Origin: Myxococcota bacterium
GTDB taxonomy: Bacteria > Myxococcota_A > UBA796 > GCA-2862545
Direction: 5' to 3'
NCBI GenBank assembly: GCA_039208735.1
Contig: JBCCQY010000086.1
Span: 1-37,187, forward strand
Length of the DNA stretch: 37,187 nt
Below the pieces are notes generated by a model. That model was not told the DNA's origin. It made no database searches and worked only from the letters and a program-made list of their open reading frames with translations. This document shows positions 6,626 to 14,564 of the stretch, one piece after another (position 1 is the first letter of the stretch; each line of letters opens with the position of its first letter). The position numbers and the translations under genes were made by a program.

Positions 6626-9496
6626 ATGATGCAGTGGCTGTGTGCACTCGCGATGCTTGGTCTGGTTTTCGGATGTGGAGCGGCAGAGACGAGCGCTCCA
6701 GATGCGCCATCGATGGTTCGGGCCCTCCCGGGAAATCAGTTCGTCCGGTTGGCTTGGGAGGACAATAGTTCCAACGAGTCAGGCTTCGCGATCTATCGGG
6801 AAGTTCTGGGTATTGGAGGATTCGACCCCGTTGCGAATGTCGGACCTGACGTCACCGAGTGGGATGACCTGAAGGTTGAAACGTCGACGAGGTACCGCTA
6901 CGCAGTGGCGGCCACCGGAACGAGCGCAGACTCCAAGCTCGTCGAGATGACGGGGGACCCCGTGTCTCCGCTCGCCGGGAGTCCCATTGACTGCTCGGTC
7001 GCGCCCAAGACGGCCGAGGATCAGGATAGTGATGGCGTCTCCGATGCCAACGAACGCGCGGGCTGGATGGTCACGATCACCGACGGGCTCGGGAGCACGA
7101 CCCAGCGGATGGTGTCCTCCAATCCGCTGATTGGGGATTCCGATAACGATGGACTTTGCGACCGCGAAGAGCGCCAGAGTGCAACAGACCCTGGTCAACC
7201 CGACACGGATGGTGACGGGCTCGACGACCTTGCTGAACTCCGCACGTGGGGCAGTAAGCCCGACGACGTCGACAGTGACAATGACTCTCGAGGCAACGCG
7301 GCCCTGTTTGATGGCAACGAACTTCTCGTGCACCTCACGTCGCCAACGATCGCCGACACCGATGGTGACAACATCGACGACTACGTCGAACTCATCGAGC
7401 GTGGCGAGCCGTTCGACCCGCTCGTGGCGAACACTCCGATTGTCGAGCTGACCTTCGAAGGGGCCACGGACCTGACGCTCAATGTCGCGTTCGCCGACAG
7501 CACGATTGAAGCCGAATCCCAGGATGTCTCGCTCGAACGAGAGAAGGCCTCTTCGCAGTCCAAGACCCGATCGACGACCCACGAGGCTTGGGCTGAAGTT
7601 GGCGTCAGCATGACGAACTCCGCTCAGGCGAGCTTCCCGCCCGGCGGAAGTGTCAGTAGTTCGGTGACCGTCTCCGCTTCGGCTGGCTACGGCTACACCG
7701 GCTCCCAGAGCGTGACGCGAACGTCATCCCAGGCCAGCCGGGAGGCTTACCAATGGGGCGTCAATACGAGTCGTCAAGCGGATCGTGAAATCGCCGATGG
7801 CACCCTTGCGTTGGGGCTGCGCGCCCGTAATCTCGGCGATGTGAGTTTTCGGCTCTTCGACCTGTCGGTCACCGCCCTTCTGCGCGACCCCATCGATCCG
7901 ACACAGTTCTCGGTGGTTGGTGAACTCCATTTCGATGACACGACCTTCGGTGCGGATGGGACCGTCCTTTCGCCAAGTTCCGCGACAGGGCCGCTTCGCG
8001 CGTCGTCGTCGGTGCCGGCCAATCGTGCTTTGGAACTGATGGCAAACCCCGAAGGTCTGTTCTTCGAGGTGGCAAGCTTTGAACTTTCAAATAGCGAAGG
8101 GCAAAACTTTGGGTTCTTGAGCGAGACGACGAATGCCCAGACGGGCTTGGTAACCATCGACTTTGGGAACGGCGTGGTCATTGAGCAGCGCGTGGCGACC
8201 AACGTGCTGCGTGACAATGCACGCATCGTCGGGATCCGCATGGCGGATGTGTTGAACCGTGCGCTTGGCCTGTCCTACCGGACCGCGGTTCAGGACGACG
8301 ACAAGGAAACGCAGGTGCTCGTTGCGGTGACTCCCCCAGGGGGCGATGAAGTCGCTTTCGATGAGACCGCGTCACGCTTCTGGGCGGTGATCGGCTCGAG
8401 CGGAACGACGATCGACGACGTTTCGTTCGATGAGATTCTGCTTCAAGCGGGTGAATCGATCACCCTCTTCTACGTCAAGGACCGAGATGGGGACGGTCTG
8501 TTCGCGCACGAGGAATATCTGTTCGGCACCTCGGAGGAGTCGCCCGACGGCGATGGCGATGGGCTTACGGATCTCGAAGAGGCAAAGGTGGGATGGCAGG
8601 TCGCCGTGATGGACCCTCCGGTGTATCCCGCCCCCACGTGGAGTGACCCGACGGAAGCGGATTCCGACGCGGATGGACTTTCAGACTTCGAAGAGCGAAA
8701 CGCCCAAACCGATCCGTTTAACCCCGACAGCGACGGCGACGGCTTTTGCGATGGCCCAGGAACCGGTCGCGACTTCGATTGTCCTGCATTGCCCGACACC
8801 GACCCCATCGATCCTACCGACTTTCCGGCCACCGCCGTGGCCGCGTTCGCGTTCTCGGGGGATGCTGTCGACTCCCTCAGCCACGCAATCCTGACTCCAA
8901 TTGTGGCCGCTTGCCCCGTGTCCGTCCTGTTGGGTGCGGACCGCGACAACCTGGCGGACAGCGCGCTCGATATCGAGGTGAATCAAGTTTGTAGTGGTGA
9001 TCCATCCGATCACGCCGGGATGACCTCTGACCGAAGCTACGACTTCGACGATGGGTTTACCGTCATGTTTTGGCTGAATCTCGATGTTTCGTACACCGAT
9101 GAGCCCTGGTACGTCATTGGCGTTGAAGACGTCTTTTCGTTGCGGATGTTGATCGACAACTCCAGCTCACCCGATTCGGTTCAGGTGGGCTACTTCGAGT
9201 CTGGTGTCGAAGTCGTTCGAGATCCGGCGATTCACGCGGCTGGCACGTGGGACCACTACGCGCTGACCGTTGCTTCAACCACCGTACGCCTTTATCGAAA
9301 TGGCGTCGAAGTGGCTTCTGGCCCACGTTCAAGTCCTGAACTCAATGCGTCGTTGTTGCTCTTCAACGCGTCGGACGGCGACACGCCCGACCAGGCGTTC
9401 GGTGTGAATGGCCACGGCCGGTTCGATGACTTGTTCATCTATGACGAAGCCCTATCCGCAAACGCCGTACTTCAAGCCTACCACGCACAGAACTGA
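6626..9496 (+). CDS. Large lipoprotein: FN3 + DxDxDG Ca-binding repeats + binary toxin B / protective antigen-like core + second Ca-binding block + LamG
   Basis: AAGGAGA RBS; lipobox LVFGC; FN3 (LAWEDNSSNESGFAIYR...YRYAVAA); many DxDxDG..D.xE repeats; DPLVANTP followed by a Ser/Thr-rich hairpin; C-terminal LamG (FTVMFW...WDHYALT...LYRNG...G.FDDLFIYDEALS). Confidence 0.75.
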   Translation: MMQWLCALAMLGLVFGCGAAETSAPDAPSMVRALPGNQFVRLAWEDNSSNESGFAIYREVLGIGGFDPVANVGPDVTEWDDLKVETSTRYRYAVAATGTSADSKLVEMTGDPVSPLAGSPIDCSVAPKTAEDQDSDGVSDANERAGWMVTITDGLGSTTQRMVSSNPLIGDSDNDGLCDREERQSATDPGQPDTDGDGLDDLAELRTWGSKPDDVDSDNDSRGNAALFDGNELLVHLTSPTIADTDGDNIDDYVELIERGEPFDPLVANTPIVELTFEGATDLTLNVAFADSTIEAESQDVSLEREKASSQSKTRSTTHEAWAEVGVSMTNSAQASFPPGGSVSSSVTVSASAGYGYTGSQSVTRTSSQASREAYQWGVNTSRQADREIADGTLALGLRARNLGDVSFRLFDLSVTALLRDPIDPTQFSVVGELHFDDTTFGADGTVLSPSSATGPLRASSSVPANRALELMANPEGLFFEVASFELSNSEGQNFGFLSETTNAQTGLVTIDFGNGVVIEQRVATNVLRDNARIVGIRMADVLNRALGLSYRTAVQDDDKETQVLVAVTPPGGDEVAFDETASRFWAVIGSSGTTIDDVSFDEILLQAGESITLFYVKDRDGDGLFAHEEYLFGTSEESPDGDGDGLTDLEEAKVGWQVAVMDPPVYPAPTWSDPTEADSDADGLSDFEERNAQTDPFNPDSDGDGFCDGPGTGRDFDCPALPDTDPIDPTDFPATAVAAFAFSGDAVDSLSHAILTPIVAACPVSVLLGADRDNLADSALDIEVNQVCSGDPSDHAGMTSDRSYDFDDGFTVMFWLNLDVSYTDEPWYVIGVEDVFSLRMLIDNSSSPDSVQVGYFESGVEVVRDPAIHAAGTWDHYALTVASTTVRLYRNGVEVASGPRSSPELNASLLLFNASDGDTPDQAFGVNGHGRFDDLFIYDEALSANAVLQAYHAQN

Positions 9497-9522
9497 GACC
9501 GCTTAGCCGAATGGGGAGTCCA

Positions 9523-10245
9523 ATGTTGACACTAATGATTTTCGCCGGGTTAGCCAATGCGGACGTGCCCGGAACGCTGATTCTTCAGAAACGTGGACCG
9601 TTGCCCGTGCATGCATGGGTAGATGCGGTGAGCCAGGGAAGGGTTCGAACGGCGAGGAAGGCCGTTCCTTTGTCGCTGGCCGCGGGGACCCATGAAGTTT
9701 GGCTCACTGCGGATGGTCCAGGTGTGGTGACCCTCTGCCGTGGCTTGGTCGATGTGCCCGCCAAGGGCGCCGTGACGGTTGAGCTTCAGGCCGGTCTTAC
9801 GGGGCTGTCGTGTCGCGGGTTGCGGGAGGGGTGGCCGGACGGACCGACAGCGTTTCGCGGCGGGTTCGTCGACTTTCGAATCGATGCCGCGGTGGATGCC
9901 TGGGTGTCGATCGACGGTGGGCAGCCTTTGGCGTTTCCCGATGCGCCCTTTCAGCTCAATCTGGCTCCAGGCTCGCACACGCTGGTGCTGTTTCAAGACG
10001 CAGTGAGCGGGACCGTCTTCGACCAAGGATCGGTCACCCTTCTCCCAGGTCAGCAATTGGCGGTGACATGCACCCGCGCAGGGTGCGTAGGCTTCGATGC
10101 CCCGCCGATCTTCATCACCGAGGTCTATCAGCACCGAGATATCGTGCTGGCAACCCCTGGTGTCGCGATCGACTTCTCGCTTCAAGTCGGGACGTCCGAT
10201 GCCTCGGACATCCAGATTGACCTCGATGTCGACGTGACCGAGTAA
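9523..10245 (+). CDS. Secreted protein with two PEGA-like beta domains
   Basis: GGGGAG RBS; signal MLTLMIFAGLANA; duplicated motif (AWVDA...LAAGTHEV / AWVSIDG...LAPGSHTL). Starts 26 nt after the large lipoprotein gene. Confidence 0.65.
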   Translation: MLTLMIFAGLANADVPGTLILQKRGPLPVHAWVDAVSQGRVRTARKAVPLSLAAGTHEVWLTADGPGVVTLCRGLVDVPAKGAVTVELQAGLTGLSCRGLREGWPDGPTAFRGGFVDFRIDAAVDAWVSIDGGQPLAFPDAPFQLNLAPGSHTLVLFQDAVSGTVFDQGSVTLLPGQQLAVTCTRAGCVGFDAPPIFITEVYQHRDIVLATPGVAIDFSLQVGTSDASDIQIDLDVDVTE

Positions 10246-10258
10246 GCGAGGCCTCGAC

Positions 10259-10524
10259 CGAGCCGAACGAATTCGGTTCGTGTCAGGAGTCCATTCGCGC
10301 AGTTCCGATGACCAGACGCGATGATCGAAGGGTTGGCGTTCGCGGCTAACCGCACAGGATGCATCTGGATTGCTCTTGCAACTCAGATGCATTAAAGAGT
10401 TCGCAGAAGGCGAACTCCTTCGCAGCCGCGCTCTTCGGCCGCGCATGTGTCGAGGAGCGCGGTCTCATCCCGGATGTTCACAACGCGCCCGCGGTTAGGG
10501 GGTTCCTCGCCTCGCTTGGAATCC
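10259..10524 (+). ncRNA. Candidate structured RNA (run of hairpins) in a ~580-bp intergenic gap
   Basis: Six stems: 10259-80, 10331-51, 10359-92, 10397-417, 10426-62, 10500-24. Four contain G-U pairs that only form on the + strand. No family recognised. Confidence 0.3.
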
Positions 10525-10827
10525 GCAACGATGTACGAACCGTTTCGACGAGCGGACAAAAGAGAACGGTGGCACGCGTGTGGGTTTTGCCATCTTACAA
10601 AATCAGAGCCGCCTTACCTCCTTGAAGTCACTGAACGCGTCCCATGAGCGAGCCCTCCCGAATTCGAACTCCATTGTGTGATGATGGCAGCCAGAATGTT
10701 CGAAACTGGGAGCCAAGTTCTTGGCTTGCGCGCTATCGTTGGAATGGGTGGTCGCCAAGTGCCATTGTATGCGTTGGAAGAGCGGACGATGGATGGTCAC
10801 CCATGAGGACCAAAACACGGGGTAGCG

Positions 10828-11043
10828 ATGTTGCGGATTGGGTGGCTCAGCTTGTATGTCGCAGTTGGATTCGCCTGCAGCGACGGAACGAATGACCCGT
10901 CGGTGAACGACACAGCTTTCACCTGCGCGGAAGAAGGACAACCATGCACCCGCGGTGGATGGTTCGGAGCGGCTGGCGGCTGCTGCAACTCACGCCAGAC
11001 TTGCTACGACGAAGGCTGCTTCTACAGCGATCCGAGCGACTGA
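10828..11043 (+). CDS. Small lipoprotein with knottin-like C-C-CC-C-C cysteine framework
   Basis: 71 aa; signal and lipobox VGFAC; mature C-x6-C-x11-CC-x5-C-x4-C. Confidence 0.7.
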   Translation: MLRIGWLSLYVAVGFACSDGTNDPSVNDTAFTCAEEGQPCTRGGWFGAAGGCCNSRQTCYDEGCFYSDPSD

Positions 11044-11152
11044 GTTTCGTACGCGGTGACGCTTAGGGGAAGCCGAGTAGCATCGTCAAGCCCGTTTACA
11101 CATGACTTGCCACAACACCAATAGTAGACAGCCGGTGGCTTGGAGGGCTTTG

Positions 11153-12031
11153 ATGACGCGAATTCCTGTTTGGGGACCGAGGCTTGGGACTGGGCTTTGG
11201 TTGGCGCTGGGTTCGATTGCGTGTGGTGAGGAATGCCTAAATCCGAACCAGGATGGGAGTTGTAGTGAGGTGGAGCCCATCGGGACCGCCGATACCGCCA
11301 CGGACTGCCCGGATGACATTGGCGAACCCAACAACCGCCGGGATTCAAGCGTTCCATTGGTCTTGGACACGGAACTAACCCTGGGAAGCGACCGGGACTG
11401 GTGGCGACTCATTTTGGAGCCTGACACCTACGCTCGGTTCATCGCGACCTCTGACGAGATCGATTCTCTCCAGTTCGAGATCGCGAATGCGAATCAGCCG
11501 TTGGCCCCTGCCACCCCTGTCATTCTTGCTGAGAACTGGACCGACGACCAGGTGGAACTCGAAGTGCGTATTACAGGTCTCGATCCTGACCAATGCATCC
11601 GCTACACCTACGAGTTGCGAAGCCATGTCTGCCTTGAGCCCGAAGTTGATGAGCCTAACGACATTCTCTCGAGTGCTCCCATCATCGACGTGGACGCGAT
11701 GTACCTCGGTGTGCTGAGTCAGGACGACCTTGATCTATTGCGGCTTCCTGCCGTACCGGCGGGTCAGGCGTTGGTTGTCGACGTCAACCTGTTTCGGAAT
11801 ACGGCGGCAACCCTCGAGGACGCGGCATTGCCTACGCGACTCATCGATGCCAAGGGGACGACGCTCGTCGAGGCAACGCTCGGTGCCAAACAGCAGTCGC
11901 TTCGTTGGGAGAATGTTGGAACGGAAGAGGCTTTCGTAGCATTCGAAATCTCTATGGAGGCCGGCCAGTCACCGTTTAGGCGTTGCCATGCCCGATATGA
12001 TGTGGCGGCCCGACTTGAGTCGTTGAACTAG
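11153..12031 (+). CDS. Lipoprotein with two PPC-like (EPNN/EPND...DxD) beta-sandwich repeats
   Basis: GGAGG before ATG 11153; lipobox GSIAC; repeats GEPNN...DRDWW and DEPND...DLDLL. Confidence 0.65.
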   Translation: MTRIPVWGPRLGTGLWLALGSIACGEECLNPNQDGSCSEVEPIGTADTATDCPDDIGEPNNRRDSSVPLVLDTELTLGSDRDWWRLILEPDTYARFIATSDEIDSLQFEIANANQPLAPATPVILAENWTDDQVELEVRITGLDPDQCIRYTYELRSHVCLEPEVDEPNDILSSAPIIDVDAMYLGVLSQDDLDLLRLPAVPAGQALVVDVNLFRNTAATLEDAALPTRLIDAKGTTLVEATLGAKQQSLRWENVGTEEAFVAFEISMEAGQSPFRRCHARYDVAARLESLN

Positions 12032-12273
12032 CGGCTTCCACGGCGTTCGTTCCTCCCAATCCGACCGTCTTGTCTATCGTCCGGAGGCATCTCATGTCGT
12101 TATGGCATGGTCTCCATTTTGGTGGATTTACCAGCATTGGAGGCCCAAGGTGTAGGGCTGGGTAGCGAGGAATGTCGTTGGCGTGCCCAGGCCTTGTCAC
12201 ATTGATGGATTAACTAAACCGGGTCACTCGGGTTGAAGCGAACACAAGCCAGGCTCTCGCAGCCTTGGACCGG

Positions 12274-12666
12274 TCAACCCTCGAGCGTGAGCGCCTCGGC
12301 AATGGACTCGAGCCGGGCCACCAGTTCGCGCAACGTCTCAAACTCGTCGTGCCCCAGTCGTTCAGCAATCTCGGACTCCACGACCTCAAACGCCAAAAAT
12401 CCATTGATGATGTCCTGACTGCCGAGGTCGGTGAACCGGACGAGTCGCGCTCGACCATCGTCCGGATCCTTGATTCGCTCTACGAAGCCCATGGCTTCGA
12501 GTTCCGCAACGAGCTGGGCCACGGCCTGAGGGGTGATCCCAAGCCGTTCTGCCAACACCGAGGGCCGGGTCCCCGACAGCTCGATGTGCGGGTACAGCGC
12601 CATATGCGACGGTCGTGGATGGGGGTCCGTCGCGTGGCGCCTTTCGTCGGAGACCGCCTGGTTCAC
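12274..12666 (-). CDS. MarR family regulator, probably 5'-truncated
   Basis: RPSH...GTRPSVLAERLGITPQAVAQLVAELEAMGFVERIKDPDDGRARLV is a typical MarR wHTH. Family-like sequence begins near GTG 12666 and the first helix appears absent. Confidence 0.65.
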   Translation of the reverse strand: MNQAVSDERRHATDPHPRPSHMALYPHIELSGTRPSVLAERLGITPQAVAQLVAELEAMGFVERIKDPDDGRARLVRFTDLGSQDIINGFLAFEVVESEIAERLGHDEFETLRELVARLESIAEALTLEG

Positions 12667-12991
12667 ACCAAATTTCTGGTTTCTACTGCCTTGTGTGCTT
12701 GCGACGCTTCCCTTTGCGTTGCTTGGCGCGGGATGGTCGTTGGCCCTTTCGTGGCGCCGTGCCGAGCGGCGAGGCTGGATCGCGGTGCTGGGCCTGCTCA
12801 GCGTTACGATCCTCGTGACCGCGGGGTACCACCTCCCGGCGAACTTCCGCATCTGGTCCGGGTCGCTAACGGATTTGGAGCTTGCGACCGAGCTTAGCTG
12901 GTGGCTCGCCGCACACGCGCTTCGCGTAGCGTTCGCGCTCTGGGCAGGCGGTGTCGCACTTCTCGCCAGCAAAACTCCTGGAGAACCCTAG
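12659..12991 (+). pseudogene. C-terminal part of a DUF1772 / anthrone-oxygenase-like membrane protein
   Basis: Hydrophobic helices with VTAGYHLPAN...WWLAAHALR. No credible start codon; the upstream frame is the antisense of MarR. Confidence 0.5.
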
Positions 12992-13038
12992 TACTTGACT
13001 TAGAGGTGGGCTCTCAAGACGCTGGGGTTCACGACCAC

Positions 13039-13476
13039 CTACTCGGTGTCACCATCCTCACGCGCTTCGAGGAGGCGCTCGATCTCATCCGCCTCCGAGT
13101 CAGGCCCCCGCGGTCCTCGCACGAAGGTACGGCCGTCGAGCGTCATCGTCCACGAACCGTCTTCGCCCTCGACCGGCGGGGTGTCGATCGTCCAGGTCGA
13201 TAACCCCAAGCAGCACGAGAGTTCCTTTTCCCACCCCATGGCGGGCCCCGCGAACGACGAGTTGCTGTTGGGGCCTTGGCTCTCGTACTGGAGGTTGCCG
13301 TTTGCCTCAATGACGAGCCGGGCTGACGACTCGCCGTCCTGCCAGGACCAGTCGCCCACCCAGTTGGCGCTGGGCGGGACCTCCGGCTCGAGGTCGGCCA
13401 GATTGGGTACGAGCCCACCGCAGCCGAGTGCCATGATGAGCCCCAAGGCTCCGGCCGAGATCAGGAGTGAACGCAT
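13039..13476 (-). CDS. Hypothetical exported protein / lipoprotein
   Basis: GAGGAGG before ATG 13476; MRSLLISAGALGLIMALGCGG; beta-rich WVGDWSW...MTLDGRTFVR. Confidence 0.65.
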   Translation of the reverse strand: MRSLLISAGALGLIMALGCGGLVPNLADLEPEVPPSANWVGDWSWQDGESSARLVIEANGNLQYESQGPNSNSSFAGPAMGWEKELSCCLGLSTWTIDTPPVEGEDGSWTMTLDGRTFVRGPRGPDSEADEIERLLEAREDGDTE

Positions 13477-13540
13477 CGAAGGCCTCCTCGAGAGAGCTAT
13501 CGGATCCAGGCAGCGCCAACCATTGGGTGACCGATTCGGC

Positions 13541-14473
13541 TCAAGGCTTCGAGCGAGCGCGCAACTCCCTGGGTTGGAGTACCGCGTGGAGCAGGCGATG
13601 AACCGGCACGTCAACGCCGTGCTGTTCGCCCAGCCTTACCACCGCGCCGCTCTGCGCTTCCAGTTCCGAGGGGCGCCCGTTCAACAGATCGCGCTGCATC
13701 GAGGTGGTGCCCTCGGCAGGCAGGCTGTCGGTGAACTTCAGGGCCCGATCGACTGCATCGACGCCGAGCGGCACTCCCATGGTCTCCGCAAGTCGCGCCA
13801 CCTCTGCCATGGCGCGTTCTAGCGTTTTCCGTGTCTCGGGTACGCGGCGAAGTTCGCCCAACGTGGCGTCTGCTGCTGCCCCGACGCCGCTCGCAGAGGC
13901 GATGAACAAGAACTTCTGCCACATTGCGATTCGCACATCCTCATGGACTTCGAACTGGACGCCACGGGCTGCGTCGAAGGTGTGTTTCAACCCAAGGCAG
14001 CGTTCATGGGTGGTTCCGGTGAGGTCCCCGATGGCAATCCATGGCGGATTGCCAACATGACGGATGTGGCCCGGGCCCGCAAGCATCGAGATCAGTCGGC
14101 AAGTGCCTCCTGCAACCCGGTCACTTCCCACCACCGCACCCAGTTGTCCTGCAGCTTCCACACCGTTCTGAAGCCCCACGACGAGGGTGTCGGGACCGAG
14201 CAAGGGCCCCATCCTCCGAGCCGCCTCCGCCACTTGCCAGGTCTTTGTGGCCACGAGCACCGCATCGACCACGCCAACCGTCGCCGGATCGTCCGTGGCC
14301 CGAAGGTTGGTCACGTGCGCATCGCCCGCCACACTTTCGATGCGAAGCCCCTGCTGTTGCAGGGTTCGAAGGTGGGGACCACGAGCGATCAGGGTGACTT
14401 CGACCCCCGCTTCGGCGAGGCGTCCTCCGAAATAGCCACCCACTCCTCCAGTTCCCATGACGGCAATGCGCAT
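13541..14473 (-). CDS. panE: 2-dehydropantoate 2-reductase (ketopantoate reductase)
   Basis: MRIAVMGTGGVGGYFG, VATK, LQNG, MWQKF, TSMQRD...PSELE motifs. Confidence 0.92.
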   Translation of the reverse strand: MRIAVMGTGGVGGYFGGRLAEAGVEVTLIARGPHLRTLQQQGLRIESVAGDAHVTNLRATDDPATVGVVDAVLVATKTWQVAEAARRMGPLLGPDTLVVGLQNGVEAAGQLGAVVGSDRVAGGTCRLISMLAGPGHIRHVGNPPWIAIGDLTGTTHERCLGLKHTFDAARGVQFEVHEDVRIAMWQKFLFIASASGVGAAADATLGELRRVPETRKTLERAMAEVARLAETMGVPLGVDAVDRALKFTDSLPAEGTTSMQRDLLNGRPSELEAQSGAVVRLGEQHGVDVPVHRLLHAVLQPRELRARSKP

Positions 14474-14564
14474 TGTTTCCGTCCTCGAGGCCCCAGCAGT
14501 TCGTACACCGAACCCAGATCCGATTCAGTTGACGGGGTGGGACCTGGTATTCGGCCCAGCATGA

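Noticed and set aside
7019..7400. Recurring GAC/GAT-GGC DNA repeats as a possible CRISPR or tandem array
   Set aside because: They are codons of in-frame DxDxDG protein repeats, with no constant repeat-spacer structure. No CRISPR array or cas gene was seen in the window.
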